The notes: generated by a model not told the origin, from the letters alone. A stretch of 55,251 nt of DNA from Candidatus Omnitrophota bacterium (GCA_043821025.1 JBDRDF010000022.1:1-55251); one strand, 5' to 3'. Positions 7,736 through 17,815 are shown, counted from the stretch's first letter. Translations and numbers: made by a program.

Positions 7736-8156
7736 GCTTCATTAGCTCTTTCATATTAAATTTCTTAATTAAACGAAAGGTAAGGGAATATCCTAATGGT
7801 TTTATCAGGTTTGTGGTCACATCAAAAATTAAATGTTGAGATGCGCCTATCGCTATCCCCCACCAAATTAGATTTGCTGGATGTGCGATTGCAATTATCC
7901 ATAAAATTGACAATAGTTCAAAAGAATGGAGAAAGACATAAAGTTTGGTAAGTTCATAATTCATACAAACGTTATAAAAATCGACTATTTTAAATTTAGT
8001 CGAAAAACCCTTGCTGAGGTAGTAATCGAGAAAGTGGTCTATATCTATAAATACGCCCGTGAGAAAATTTGAGACCGCTAATGCTTTTGAACCGGTCATC
8101 CAAAAGCAAGCAACGCTTATCGCTCCGGATGCTATAACATGATGGACAGGTTTAAT
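7725..8156 (-). CDS. Membrane protein, metal-dependent hydrolase (YdjM-like); N-terminus probably extends past the ATG at 8099
   Basis: GVFIDIDH, LHS-E and HLIFD motifs. In-frame upstream extension IKPVHHVIASGAISVACFW begins with ATT at 8156. Confidence 0.6.
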   Translation of the reverse strand: MKPVHHVIASGAISVACFWMTGSKALAVSNFLTGVFIDIDHFLDYYLSKGFSTKFKIVDFYNVCMNYELTKLYVFLHSFELLSILWIIAIAHPANLIWWGIAIGASQHLIFDVTTNLIKPLGYSLTFRLIKKFNMKELMKHEP

Positions 8157-8159
8157 TTG

Positions 8160-8648
8160 TTATTGCCCTTCCTTCGATGTTAGATGAGAAGTTATGTAAT
8201 TGACGAGGTTAGTTTTATCTTTACCGTCTATCTCAACAAATCTTATGCCTGTTAAAAATGACCTTTTCCCGTTTGCGTCCAGTTGGCCTGTGTCTTCGCA
8301 CCAAACAACTTTTCCTTGTGCGTGAACAGGTTCTTTTACGCTAGGGATAGCTATTTCTAACTCTACCATTGAGTCCCTCGGCAATATCTCATATGCTAAG
8401 ATGCATATTCCATCTTCGCTTATGTCCCTACTGCTCGTGGTTAATTTTAATTTGGGCGATTTCAAAAACTTATATTCGACATCTAGCATCGCCTCAAGAC
8501 GTTCGACCCTTCTCCTTTCCTTTCCCGACCAATATTCCTCAAGCTTTCCTTTAGGCTCGCGTTTCCCTTTAATTTTTCTTTCTTCCTTTGAGGAAAGGAT
8601 GTAAATCACAAATAAAACTACCGCTATAAAAATGAAAAATATTTTCAT
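8160..8648 (-). CDS. Membrane-anchored PilZ-domain protein (c-di-GMP receptor)
   Basis: ERRRVER (RxxxR) and DISEDG (DxSxxG) motifs, GKVVW, GIRF. Confidence 0.85.
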   Translation of the reverse strand: MKIFFIFIAVVLFVIYILSSKEERKIKGKREPKGKLEEYWSGKERRRVERLEAMLDVEYKFLKSPKLKLTTSSRDISEDGICILAYEILPRDSMVELEIAIPSVKEPVHAQGKVVWCEDTGQLDANGKRSFLTGIRFVEIDGKDKTNLVNYITSHLTSKEGQ

Positions 8649-8657
8649 TTCATTTTA

Positions 8658-8686
8658 AGTATATACCCTATTTAACATACTGTCAA
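8658..8686 (-). promoter_or_regulatory. Sigma70 promoter for the PilZ operon (near-leaderless transcript)
   Basis: TTGACA-17 nt-TATACT, ending 10 nt before ATG 8648; no obvious SD. Confidence 0.7.
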
Positions 8687-8707
8687 GAATTGCGATAGAA
8701 AAACCTC

Positions 8708-10897
8708 TTATGCTGTCCAAAGTTGAGATTCATAATCAGCGCGCGGTAAGATGATTTGTAAAGGCCCAAATTCTGGACACCTTTCGATAATTAAACCGGC
8801 TCGCTCAATTGTGGATAAAAATTTTAGCTTTTCACCCCCTTCGCTTTTAATATCTTTAAATTTAACCGCTAACTCCAGAATTTTATTGAAACTAGCGCTT
8901 TCTTCTTTCTTACTTTCGATCCAACTGCCATCCCGCTTTTGTTCAAAAATTGTATATTCGATTACGTCGCCTTTTTGTGAAAGAGGCAAAACTATTTTTA
9001 TCCCCTTTTCTATTATTAGTAAGTTTAGAGTTAGATCCTGCTTATCCTCTGCTTCGGCTGGCAGAGAAAAGTCAAATCTAAAATATAACGCTTCCAGGTC
9101 GAAGCCAAAATACATTTGCCTAATAATCGTCTCAGTTTGATGCATGGTTCCACCGAATTTGCTCGCATCGATTAAACCAGCATTAATCCATTCAAAATAA
9201 TTTGTATCAATCCCATCGATTACAGGTTTTAACAATGCCAAAGGTTCTCTTAATATTTTTGTCTTTTTAACCTTTATCGGAATTGAGAGATATTCGGGTA
9301 GTTTTAGCCCAAGTAATTTGTAAACGTTTGAAATATGGGTTCTAAAGAGCCTGTCAAATTCTTCGTCGTTTGCTGAAGAATGGTCATCCCCATACCACCA
9401 GTTCCAATCGCTGCCTTCTGCGATGTAAATCTCTTTCCGCGCCCTTTTTAATTTTTCAGAAGATGACTCATCAGGGTGTTGCTTTTCGTAGCCCTCAAGG
9501 GCTTTCCTGGCTTCCGCTAAATATTCCCAGGAGAGATTTTTTTCATCTTGTCCAATCCAAATAGCAAAATTCGCATTTATCCAGGAGCCGGGATACAATT
9601 TTTCTAATTTGCTTACTGGCGGATAGTTTTGCAAAAACTCCGAGACCGTTACCAATTTTAACTTTGGGTCATTGCCCAAAGTTTTATATAAAGTGGTTAA
9701 AAAATCCCTTCCGTCATTTGGATAGTATTCCCAGGGGTTTTCGCCGTCCAAAATTATTGAAACCAAACTTGTCGTTTTAACTTTTGAAAGTGTTTCGCGG
9801 ATAGCATGAAGGCGGTACATTAAATCTGAGACGGCGTTTTCGGTTGGCCAGCTTTGATATATAAATCCGATCGAATCCGATAACGTCTTATCTCTAAATA
9901 TCAATGTAATTTCGCCGTATTTTCGTTGTATTGTATAGGGCTTATATAATCCTTCATCGGTTTTATTTTTGCCTAAGGACTTAAATAGTATTTCTTCATC
10001 CGATCCAACCCAGCTTAAATCCGCCTCAATCGCAAGGTCGATTACCTCTTCGCTTACAGAACCTTCGGATGGCCACATACCACGCGGGGGCCTGCCGAAC
10101 TTTTCGATATAATATTTAATCGCCGCATTTATCTGAGATTTTGCATCCTTAGGGTAGCGAAAATGAACCTTAGGTAATCTAATATCGGGACATGAAATCC
10201 TTGCGATATCCGTATCGCACAGCAAGGGCAAAATCGGATGGTAAAAAGGAGTGGTCGAAATTTCGATTATTCCATCGTCCTGCATTTTTTTATAGGCCGG
10301 GATAATCTGGCGTATAATCTCTAGTTGTTTATCTAAAATTAATCTTTTATCTTCCTCGGAATAGTATTTGCCTTTTTTAACCAGTTCCTTAATCTGCGTA
10401 TCTTTTCCTCTATACGATGGGTCAAACCATGCGAGGTTAAACAGCGCCTGCAGGTCTAAATAATCTTGATGGTTAAATCGCTTTAAAATAGTCGGTATCC
10501 TTTCGGTCGAGAAATATCTTCCCCTCTTTGCCAGAAGATCGCAATATCTAGGGATAGGCCTTATCATCGTCTCCCAATTGGCCATAAAGAAGTTCTGTAA
10601 CAAAAATATCTTTTCGTCTTCGGTTAAACCCTGGGGACTTTTCAAAGTTAGTTCAAAAAATTTATCTTTTTGAGAATTCGGCTCTAATAATCCGTCAAGC
10701 TGTTCAAGCAGCGATGGGGTGAGGTTAAAAGTTTGATGTAAATTCGGGAAGTCTTGTAAGAGTTGGACCATATCAAGGTAGTCCTTAATAGCGTGAAGCC
10801 TTACCCATGGAAGCGTTGTCTTGCCGCTTATTAAGTCTTTGTATAGCGGTTGATGCATATGCCAAACAAATGCTACGTAAAGAGGGTTATCCGACAT
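8708..10897 (-). CDS. Glycoside hydrolase family 57 (amylopullulanase-like)
   Basis: WHMHQP, PFYHPILPLL, GMWPSEG, LDGENPWE and AEGSDWNWW motifs. Confidence 0.92.
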   Translation of the reverse strand: MSDNPLYVAFVWHMHQPLYKDLISGKTTLPWVRLHAIKDYLDMVQLLQDFPNLHQTFNLTPSLLEQLDGLLEPNSQKDKFFELTLKSPQGLTEDEKIFLLQNFFMANWETMIRPIPRYCDLLAKRGRYFSTERIPTILKRFNHQDYLDLQALFNLAWFDPSYRGKDTQIKELVKKGKYYSEEDKRLILDKQLEIIRQIIPAYKKMQDDGIIEISTTPFYHPILPLLCDTDIARISCPDIRLPKVHFRYPKDAKSQINAAIKYYIEKFGRPPRGMWPSEGSVSEEVIDLAIEADLSWVGSDEEILFKSLGKNKTDEGLYKPYTIQRKYGEITLIFRDKTLSDSIGFIYQSWPTENAVSDLMYRLHAIRETLSKVKTTSLVSIILDGENPWEYYPNDGRDFLTTLYKTLGNDPKLKLVTVSEFLQNYPPVSKLEKLYPGSWINANFAIWIGQDEKNLSWEYLAEARKALEGYEKQHPDESSSEKLKRARKEIYIAEGSDWNWWYGDDHSSANDEEFDRLFRTHISNVYKLLGLKLPEYLSIPIKVKKTKILREPLALLKPVIDGIDTNYFEWINAGLIDASKFGGTMHQTETIIRQMYFGFDLEALYFRFDFSLPAEAEDKQDLTLNLLIIEKGIKIVLPLSQKGDVIEYTIFEQKRDGSWIESKKEESASFNKILELAVKFKDIKSEGGEKLKFLSTIERAGLIIERCPEFGPLQIILPRADYESQLWTA

Positions 10898-12307
10898 TTA
10901 TTTAACCTTGTTTGATATTATTGCGAAAGTCTTCTTTCGCCCAAATCGGGCACTATCCAATAAATGGGCGTCTACTTTATAAGAACGCTTAAATTCTTCA
11001 TACTTATTATTTTCTATAATACAAAAGACCCTTTCCTTAGATTTTAAATACTCATTCAATTTATTATAGTCGTCTATTTCTTCTATTTGTCTTCGGTTGC
11101 AATAAAATAGCCAATGAACGGGACTTGTTTGAAACGTCGTTAATTGCTGGTTTGGTTTTGGGTATTTGGTAATACTTTGTGAAAAATATTTCGTAGATTT
11201 ATATTTATCGAAATACGGCAGGATAAGATAAGTTAAAATTGTATTGAGGATTACCATAAAAGCAATTATATAGATAAAAAAAGGCCGCCATTTTTTGCTC
11301 AACCCGTTTTCCCAGCAATATGCAATTGCCATAGAAGCAGCGGGATATGCCGGCAAGATATAGAGATCATTTTTTGACGCAGAAAACGTAAAAAATAAGA
11401 AAATTGTAGCGAACCATATGAAGATGAATTTAACGTTGGCTTCTTTTATCTTATTTTTGAGAAGGAATGCTGTCGCCGAAGGCAGGAAAACCGTCCAAGG
11501 CAGGAACTCTGCCGGGAATCTTACGAAGTAGAAATAGAGCGGTTCCTTATGGCTAAAGGCCTTAAAATATCTGCCAAATATCTGCTTTAAAAGCAATTCC
11601 TTTGCGTAGGCCTCTCCCCCTTTAAGGCAAGCCGGAATTAACCAAGATAATATTATTAAAAGGAATAAAAGAAATCCTAATAAGCACTCCTTTGTAAAGA
11701 AAGAGCGTAATTTTTTTTCAAAAGATGCATATATTATTGTTACGAGGAGAGGTAAAATAAATCCAACAGGTCCTTTTGTCAGAGTCCCCAACGCCATTAA
11801 AGCGAATGCAAAAACATAGGCTATTAATCTTTTGTTTTGTTGTGTTAAACCGACGTAAAAAAGATAAATTGCCGATACCGCAAAGAATGTCAATAGTGGG
11901 TCTAAAATCACCCACCTCGATGCGCCGAGGTAAGCAAGTGAAGTGATAAGGATCAAGCTAGATAAGAGTGCAACTTTATTGTCAAACAATTTTTTGGCGA
12001 AAAGATAAGTTACTAAGGCGCACCCAAGCCCTGCAATTGCCGATGGAAAACGGCTTGAAAACTCGGAAAATTTGCCAAATAGTATGCTAAAGACGGATAT
12101 GAGCCAAAAAAAGACAGGTGGTTTTTCACGATAGATTACGCCGTTTAAGCGAAGCGTAATCCAATCACCGCTATTTACCATCTCTTTTGCGACAGCGACG
12201 TATCGCGTCTCATCCGGCACCCATAAACCTCTGTTACCTAACCCTAAAAAAAATAGAATGCAGCAGATCAAAAATATCGTTATTATCGGAGGAAGTACTT
12301 TATGCAA
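10898..12307 (-). CDS. arnT: ArnT/GT83-type (PMT family) glycosyltransferase
   Basis: DETRY-A-EM-SGDW, EKPP-FW and TKGP motifs; many TM helices. Confidence 0.8.
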   Translation of the reverse strand: MHKVLPPIITIFLICCILFFLGLGNRGLWVPDETRYVAVAKEMVNSGDWITLRLNGVIYREKPPVFFWLISVFSILFGKFSEFSSRFPSAIAGLGCALVTYLFAKKLFDNKVALLSSLILITSLAYLGASRWVILDPLLTFFAVSAIYLFYVGLTQQNKRLIAYVFAFALMALGTLTKGPVGFILPLLVTIIYASFEKKLRSFFTKECLLGFLLFLLIILSWLIPACLKGGEAYAKELLLKQIFGRYFKAFSHKEPLYFYFVRFPAEFLPWTVFLPSATAFLLKNKIKEANVKFIFIWFATIFLFFTFSASKNDLYILPAYPAASMAIAYCWENGLSKKWRPFFIYIIAFMVILNTILTYLILPYFDKYKSTKYFSQSITKYPKPNQQLTTFQTSPVHWLFYCNRRQIEEIDDYNKLNEYLKSKERVFCIIENNKYEEFKRSYKVDAHLLDSARFGRKKTFAIISNKVK

Positions 12308-12572
12308 TAGTGCCCCGTTTTTTCTTGTATACTAACATAATATTTCTTATATAGACCACGGATGCAACAGATTGCCCTAACATAAAGACCGGATCAAGCC
12401 TATGTATAGCGTAAGCAAGAATTATAACGCTGCCTAAAATGCTGAAGTACCAGAAGGCAATCGGTATAACGCTCTCCCCTCTTTTTTCAGAGACGAGCCA
12501 TTGAACCAAGAATCTCATAAAAAACATAAATTGACCAAGAAATCCGAATATAAGCCAGAAATCTAATTTCAT
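12300..12572 (-). CDS. Lipid-A-disaccharide synthase N-terminal (LAB_N) domain membrane protein
   Basis: GF-GQ-F-RF-VQW-SE, P-FWY-S-G, DPVF-GQ and Y-RN motifs. GGAGG RBS favours ATG 12572. Confidence 0.85.
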   Translation of the reverse strand: MKLDFWLIFGFLGQFMFFMRFLVQWLVSEKRGESVIPIAFWYFSILGSVIILAYAIHRLDPVFMLGQSVASVVYIRNIMLVYKKKRGTIA

Positions 12573-13270
12573 ATCTCCTCCCATTTATATCTTAATTGCC
12601 TTTTCTTCATCCACCTGACAGCCAATAGGTCCAGAAATGGCCAAATAAGTCTTTTTCTAATGTTGTATTTTGATCTTCCGTATTTTCTTGGGCGGTGCGA
12701 TACTTCTATTTCCTTTACCTCGAAGCCCTCTAATTTGACCAGCGTAGGCAAAAATCTATGCATTCCATTATATAATTTTAAGTTATTAAGACATTTTCTC
12801 TTATAGGCCTTAAGGGAACAACCGACGTCTTTTATATCTTCGCCGGTCAGTTTATTTCTTATGTAATTTGCGACTTTAGAAGCAGCTAATTTTAGGAATG
12901 GGTCCCGTCTTTTTCTTCTCCACCCGTATACCATATCGCAATCTTTTAATACTTCAATTAGTTTCGGTATATCATTGGGGTCATTTTGCAGGTCAGCATC
13001 CATCGTAATTATTATATCGCCCTTGGCAGCTTTAAAACCGCAGTCGAAGGCAGCAGTTTGCCCATGGTTGCGGTCAAATTTAATAATTCGGATTTGGGGG
13101 TGGGTTTTTTGCAGATTTTGAAGGGTGGCTAGACCTTTATCTGTTGAGCCATCGTCTATAAAAATAACCTCAAAATTTTGTCCTAAGTTATTTAGGGTTT
13201 CAAAAAGGCCTTCTGCTAATAAGGCCAAATTTTCTTCTTCGTTATATACTGGAATTATGATGGATATCAT
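12569..13270 (-). CDS. GT2 polyprenyl-phosphate glycosyltransferase (ArnC/DPM-like)
   Basis: IIIPVYNEEEN, DDGSTD, DADLQNDP and HRFLP motifs. Confidence 0.88.
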   Translation of the reverse strand: MISIIIPVYNEEENLALLAEGLFETLNNLGQNFEVIFIDDGSTDKGLATLQNLQKTHPQIRIIKFDRNHGQTAAFDCGFKAAKGDIIITMDADLQNDPNDIPKLIEVLKDCDMVYGWRRKRRDPFLKLAASKVANYIRNKLTGEDIKDVGCSLKAYKRKCLNNLKLYNGMHRFLPTLVKLEGFEVKEIEVSHRPRKYGRSKYNIRKRLIWPFLDLLAVRWMKKRQLRYKWEEI

Positions 13271-13324
13271 ATCTGCATATAATTAACAATAAAATTAGGG
13301 TGTCCCCTTGGGGAACGTCCCAAT

Positions 13325-13359
13325 AAAAAACCCCCTGGGGATTTAAAACCCCAGGGGGT
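13325..13359 (-). terminator. Intrinsic terminator of the porin gene
   Basis: ACCCCCTGGGG / CCCCAGGGGGT perfect stem with a minus-strand U tail. Confidence 0.85.
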
Positions 13360-13381
13360 AAAAACATGTAGCTTAAACTAG

Positions 13382-15010
13382 TTAGAAGGCAACGCGAACT
13401 GAACCGGTAACAGATGTTGCGAGATTATTGCTTCTGAAGTCGCCGGTGACGCCGTTGTATTCGGTTGCTTGGTCATAGTATTTGCCGGGAATAAACCAGG
13501 CACCGGTTAACTCCATTTGGACATCTTCAGTATAATCATATACTAAAGATGCATCCACTTCGTCGCCGATGTTTTTGTTCCTTCCGGCAACTGGCGTTTC
13601 ATGGAACCAGAAGTGAAGGTATCTTGCCCTCAAGGTCAAGTCCTCAAGCGGCTTTAACCCGCCATCCACAAAAAGGATATGGCTATTCGTAGCGCCAGCG
13701 GTATCATTTTGATCTACGGTAGAATATAACTGGCTACCAAATGCACCAGTACCATCGATTGTCGAATCGGCCTGGTCACCCGCATGAAAGTCACGAATTG
13801 CGGAGAAGAACTTGCCTTTGAACATCGGATCCCATGCCTCAAAGTCGCCGGCATTTCCGCTTTCTTCACCTGACAAGAACACATATCCCAAACCTAAGTT
13901 AGGTTTATAAGCAACCTCTGTCCATGCGTAGTTACCTTCTAAGTTAAGAGCCCATGCTTGTCTATCTCTTTCCAGTGGACCTTGGCTCGTGGTGGCATTA
14001 TATGGGCCTGTATCATCTTGAAGTTCACCAAACTGGTAGGCGCCTTCACCACTCAAAACCAAGCTCTCAAGCGGCGTTATGTCGCCTCTCAAGCCAACCA
14101 CATGAACTTCTTGCTGTTCATATGATCTGGACCCTACGCCAAGAACTGTGGCATCATTTCTTGCCGCAAGGTTTTGCCCAAGCCTTGTAATAGTGGATTG
14201 CCTGACATACCCTAAAGTTGAGTTGAAGGTCTCGTCCTTATTAAAGAAGTAATAACCTTCTAATCCCGCATTGTAAACATCGAACTTATATCCGACGTTT
14301 ACGCCGGTTAAATATTCATCTTGATTGGCGCCAGCTATACCTACGTTCGTCTCGTTGATTGTAGCGTATACGCCATCAATCGTCCACGGGTCAAGGTCTA
14401 ATGTTGCACGAATAGCGTCATAATTGGTGCTAATGGAATATTGTGCACCCATTGGACCAGAGACAGGAACGAGAGGTGAGGCCACCCCTATACCAAATGG
14501 TGTCGGATCTAATAACGTATCGGTTGGCTGTGGGAATGCACCTGCTGGATCCCTAAATATACCAGGCCCGACAATTAAGCCCTGCCCGTATATTAAGGGC
14601 TGACGTCCTATCTTTAAGGTCAACGGCGAATAGAAGAACTCTTTCAAGGTAACATATGCTGTATTTAAGTCGATGTCTCCAAATGCAGCGCCCTGTCCCC
14701 ATCTTGTCTGGTTCGCTAAGATAAGCGATGCCGCGACATTATCCGTAAGGTCAGCATCAATACCAACCTTTACTGTTGAAAGGATAAAGCTGTCATCGTC
14801 GTCAGCTATTTCAAGGCCTGAGCCAGCAACGCCAGGAGGGGTTGTAACGCTGGTGCTTTCCAACGACTCGTCCTTCAAGTCATAGTTTGAAAGGAAGAGC
14901 GAACGGGCACCGACCTCGCCACTTACTTTTATGTTCTGAACTGCAGCAAAAGCTGGCGTTGCAACAGCAATCGCCAATACTGCGATGCAGAACGCGGTTA
15001 ATAACTTCAT
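13382..15010 (-). CDS. Alginate-export-family outer-membrane beta-barrel (porin)
   Basis: Signal peptide, LKIGRQ-L-YG, IGDEVD, alternating beta-strand pattern, C-terminal Phe. Confidence 0.75.
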   Translation of the reverse strand: MKLLTAFCIAVLAIAVATPAFAAVQNIKVSGEVGARSLFLSNYDLKDESLESTSVTTPPGVAGSGLEIADDDDSFILSTVKVGIDADLTDNVAASLILANQTRWGQGAAFGDIDLNTAYVTLKEFFYSPLTLKIGRQPLIYGQGLIVGPGIFRDPAGAFPQPTDTLLDPTPFGIGVASPLVPVSGPMGAQYSISTNYDAIRATLDLDPWTIDGVYATINETNVGIAGANQDEYLTGVNVGYKFDVYNAGLEGYYFFNKDETFNSTLGYVRQSTITRLGQNLAARNDATVLGVGSRSYEQQEVHVVGLRGDITPLESLVLSGEGAYQFGELQDDTGPYNATTSQGPLERDRQAWALNLEGNYAWTEVAYKPNLGLGYVFLSGEESGNAGDFEAWDPMFKGKFFSAIRDFHAGDQADSTIDGTGAFGSQLYSTVDQNDTAGATNSHILFVDGGLKPLEDLTLRARYLHFWFHETPVAGRNKNIGDEVDASLVYDYTEDVQMELTGAWFIPGKYYDQATEYNGVTGDFRSNNLATSVTGSVRVAF

Positions 15011-15210
15011 ATTCTTATTTCCTCCTTTTTAAATTTTTCTTTATATTTCTAACAGGTTTTTAGAGTTTGAATTCTAGAAACCCAAATTGTTTCTATCTAT
15101 ATATGCTCATCATCATAAGTCTGATAACCTCCGGCTATTTAAGTACCTCCCTCCCTTCCCGCCATTATTGAAGTTATCTATGATGTTAAAGCCGTTTTCT
15201 TTAGTTCCTT

Positions 15211-15239
15211 AAATTAACACATAACTTCAATTTTGTCAA
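15211..15239 (-). promoter_or_regulatory. Sigma70 promoter of the porin gene, giving a ~195-nt leader
   Basis: TTGACA-17 nt-TAATTT with an extended -10 TG. Confidence 0.6.
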
Positions 15240-15255
15240 GTATTTTTTGCAGTTT

Positions 15256-16179
15256 TTATTTTCTTATTAAGTCAATATTTCGCTGTATAGTAAACTTAAC
15301 ACTTGTCGATTCAGCCCCGCTAATAAGGCCACTTGCCTGATCAAACGATATGCCTTGGGTCGGCTTACCATCAATAGCGATTATCCTATCCTTTGCTTTC
15401 AAACCCGCTAAGTCGGCAGGCCCACCAGTTATTACACTATTTATTATTAACCCATCTTCAGCGGCATCTAAAAATATCCCCACGCCAACGACTGAACGTT
15501 TTTGATGCTCAATGCGTTTGCGAACCAAATCAACATCCCGTTGGATTGTAAATTGATACGATGTCGCTTCTGGTTTTAAAAGATAATCTAAAATTTCTTC
15601 AAGTTGTTTATCTTTTGTTAGTTGCCCATCTATTTGGACAATTATATCCCACGCTTTAATGCCAGCTATTTCTGCTGGTGAATCCAATTTTGTTTCCAGC
15701 ACGCTAAACTTTCCGCCAGCAATCTCTAAACTAAAGCCAAATCCGCTTGTTACCTTTTCTTTCTTTTCTAAGAGCTCCTGCTCCTTTTTTTCCAGTTCTG
15801 CACGCTTTTTTTCCTCCTCTTCCCTTTTTAACTTTTCAGCTTTTTTAATGGCATCTTTGGCTGGTTGGAAATCTGGATTGGTTGCCAGCGCCTTTTTATA
15901 TTGCTCTAATGCGGCGTCGTAGTTTTGCGTGAGTAGATATTGATTGCCAAAATTTAGATAATTTTCTTCCGGAGGGAGCCGTTTAATTTCACTTACGTTT
16001 TCCTTTTTGACTTTTATTGAGCCTATCGGGATTTTCACTAGGTAAGAGTTCTTTTGTTCCTCAACGATAAAACCCTCTATCTTTCTCCCGTCTTTTAAGA
16101 TTATTGTGTCGGAATGGGCAAAAGGATTGCAGTTTATCAGGATGACAATCGTTATCGCTAATATAAGTAACTTTTGCAT
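15256..16179 (-). CDS. Exported TPR + tandem PDZ domain protein
   Basis: Signal peptide, DTIILKDGR N-domain, one TPR, two PDZ repeats (SPA-AGI/GPA-AGL...IDG). Confidence 0.8.
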   Translation of the reverse strand: MQKLLILAITIVILINCNPFAHSDTIILKDGRKIEGFIVEEQKNSYLVKIPIGSIKVKKENVSEIKRLPPEENYLNFGNQYLLTQNYDAALEQYKKALATNPDFQPAKDAIKKAEKLKREEEEKKRAELEKKEQELLEKKEKVTSGFGFSLEIAGGKFSVLETKLDSPAEIAGIKAWDIIVQIDGQLTKDKQLEEILDYLLKPEATSYQFTIQRDVDLVRKRIEHQKRSVVGVGIFLDAAEDGLIINSVITGGPADLAGLKAKDRIIAIDGKPTQGISFDQASGLISGAESTSVKFTIQRNIDLIRK

Positions 16180-16219
16180 TTTCAGCCTCAGCAGAAACTC
16201 TTCCTTGAGGAGGAAGTAT

Positions 16220-16666
16220 CTATTTTACTATTTTCGTTCTTTCCGACTTAGGGCCGACAGAGATTGTCAATACCGATTTCGATCTAGCCCCTTCAATCGT
16301 GATGATGCAACTTTGCCCTGTTTTTTCGTAATTTAGTTGTTTTTTGCCGTATTCGATAAGATTGATTAATTGCCAGTTATAGAGCGACATCTGCTCTTTA
16401 TAAAATTGCATTACAACATCCGGGCTTGACTTGCCGGAATATTTTAAGACCCCGGCGCGAAGGGATTCTGATTGAAATATGAATGATTCGTTGGAAATTT
16501 GTAAAAAACCTGAAGGAACAGGGATATCGTCAAATCTTAAAGTGGAAGCAACCGCCAAGCTCTTTTCGATTTCGGCAGAAGTTTCCCTATAACCAGTGGT
16601 GGCGCACCCCATCATTGTGACGCTCATTAAAATAAAGACGCCCCACCTTGAAATTTTATTTTTCAT
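16220..16666 (-). CDS. Putative lipoprotein
   Basis: Lipobox MMGC; F-DIPVP-GF motif. Confidence 0.7.
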   Translation of the reverse strand: MKNKISRWGVFILMSVTMMGCATTGYRETSAEIEKSLAVASTLRFDDIPVPSGFLQISNESFIFQSESLRAGVLKYSGKSSPDVVMQFYKEQMSLYNWQLINLIEYGKKQLNYEKTGQSCIITIEGARSKSVLTISVGPKSERTKIVK

Positions 16667-16682
16667 AGCTGCCCCACATATT

Positions 16683-16716
16683 AAGAGAGGGACAGAATTT
16701 TCTCCATCCCTCTTTT
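16683..16716. terminator. Terminator-like hairpin
   Basis: AGAGGGA...TCCCTCT stem with flanking A/T runs. Confidence 0.45.
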
Positions 16717-16752
16717 TATAATAAAATAAAATTTCAGAGTTTGCTTGCTTTT

Positions 16753-17082
16753 TTATTCGCTCACTATGAATTCAGGGCTTACCCAAGTTTTATCGTACGG
16801 AGGAATCGGGAATGTTACTGCATCAAATACTCCACAAGCTGTTCTAACTATTCCCTTTACTGTCCCCTTAACTGCGCCAACAAACACGCCGAAAACTGGG
16901 TTGCTCTCTTTTATTGACTTATCCATGGATACTGGAATTTCAACCCAACCCGTTGCAAAATTCGCTAAGCCCCTTCGTAATTTTGTTCCGCAATTTGCGG
17001 CATAGCTGGGCATTGCCATGCTGATCATCAAGGTTATCACAAAGAAAACGAATACCATCTTCCATAGGTTGTGCTTTGACAT
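16753..17082 (-). CDS. TIGR04073-like (putative exosortase-associated) small exported protein
   Basis: KL-RG-AN-TGW-EIP...G-R-G-D-TFP-P pattern. GGAGGTG RBS supports ATG 17082. TTGACA-17-TATAGT promoter at 17139-17167. Confidence 0.75.
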   Translation of the reverse strand: MSKHNLWKMVFVFFVITLMISMAMPSYAANCGTKLRRGLANFATGWVEIPVSMDKSIKESNPVFGVFVGAVKGTVKGIVRTACGVFDAVTFPIPPYDKTWVSPEFIVSE

Positions 17083-17173
17083 AACTATTATTTCACCTCC
17101 TCTCGAATATAAACATCTTTTCCGTATCTTTGACGCAACTATAACATAGCAAATAAAATTTGTCAAGGAAAAT

Positions 17174-17815
17174 TTAAAATTTTTTAAGCAATTGTAAAGA
17201 ATTTTTAAATACTATTTTAGCTTGTGATTCTGAAAGCCCGCTTCCTAAAACGATTGATTTCGCAAAATTATATGAGATTAAATCTTCGGGATTATGCGCA
17301 TCTGTATTAAAAATTAATTGCGCCTTTGCCTGAAGCGTTATTCGCGCAACATGTCCATTGGTTAGCGAATGCCCTTTTTTGCTGGTGAGTTCCAAATAGA
17401 TTCTGCGTTTTGCCGCAACCTTTGCGTCCTTTAAGGCGATCAAGCCGGGGTGAGCCAAGATATCTATATCGCATCTAAGCGCACAGGCATTTGTTCCTGG
17501 TATCACAGGTTCAACAATCGTCTCGCCATGAACGATGACGAGTTTAATGCCGTTTGACCTTGCATATTTTATTAGATCGGGAAAGTCTTTTGGGGGAACG
17601 TGCGTAAGCTCAACTCCGGGTATGACCTTTATCCTTGAGGAGTTTAACAATTTCGCCGCCTTTACTATTCTGGGGACGACGAAATCGATATTCGATGAAT
17701 CTACGTGGTCTGTAATACCAATCGCCTTATAGCCGGTCGTATATGCCCTTCTAACTAATTCAGAAGGCAAAAGTGCTCCGTCGCTTAATAATGAATGGGT
17801 ATGTAAATCTATCAT
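17174..17815 (-). CDS. PHP-domain phosphoesterase (histidinol-phosphatase-like)
   Basis: DLHTHS-SDG, ITDH, HGET, ILAHPG and TDAH motifs. Confidence 0.88.
   Translation of the reverse strand: MIDLHTHSLLSDGALLPSELVRRAYTTGYKAIGITDHVDSSNIDFVVPRIVKAAKLLNSSRIKVIPGVELTHVPPKDFPDLIKYARSNGIKLVIVHGETIVEPVIPGTNACALRCDIDILAHPGLIALKDAKVAAKRRIYLELTSKKGHSLTNGHVARITLQAKAQLIFNTDAHNPEDLISYNFAKSIVLGSGLSESQAKIVFKNSLQLLKKF

Noticed and set aside
8669-8690. ATTTAACATAC resembling a XerD arm
   Set aside because: No XerC arm at 6-nt spacing; it is the spacer of a consensus sigma70 promoter.
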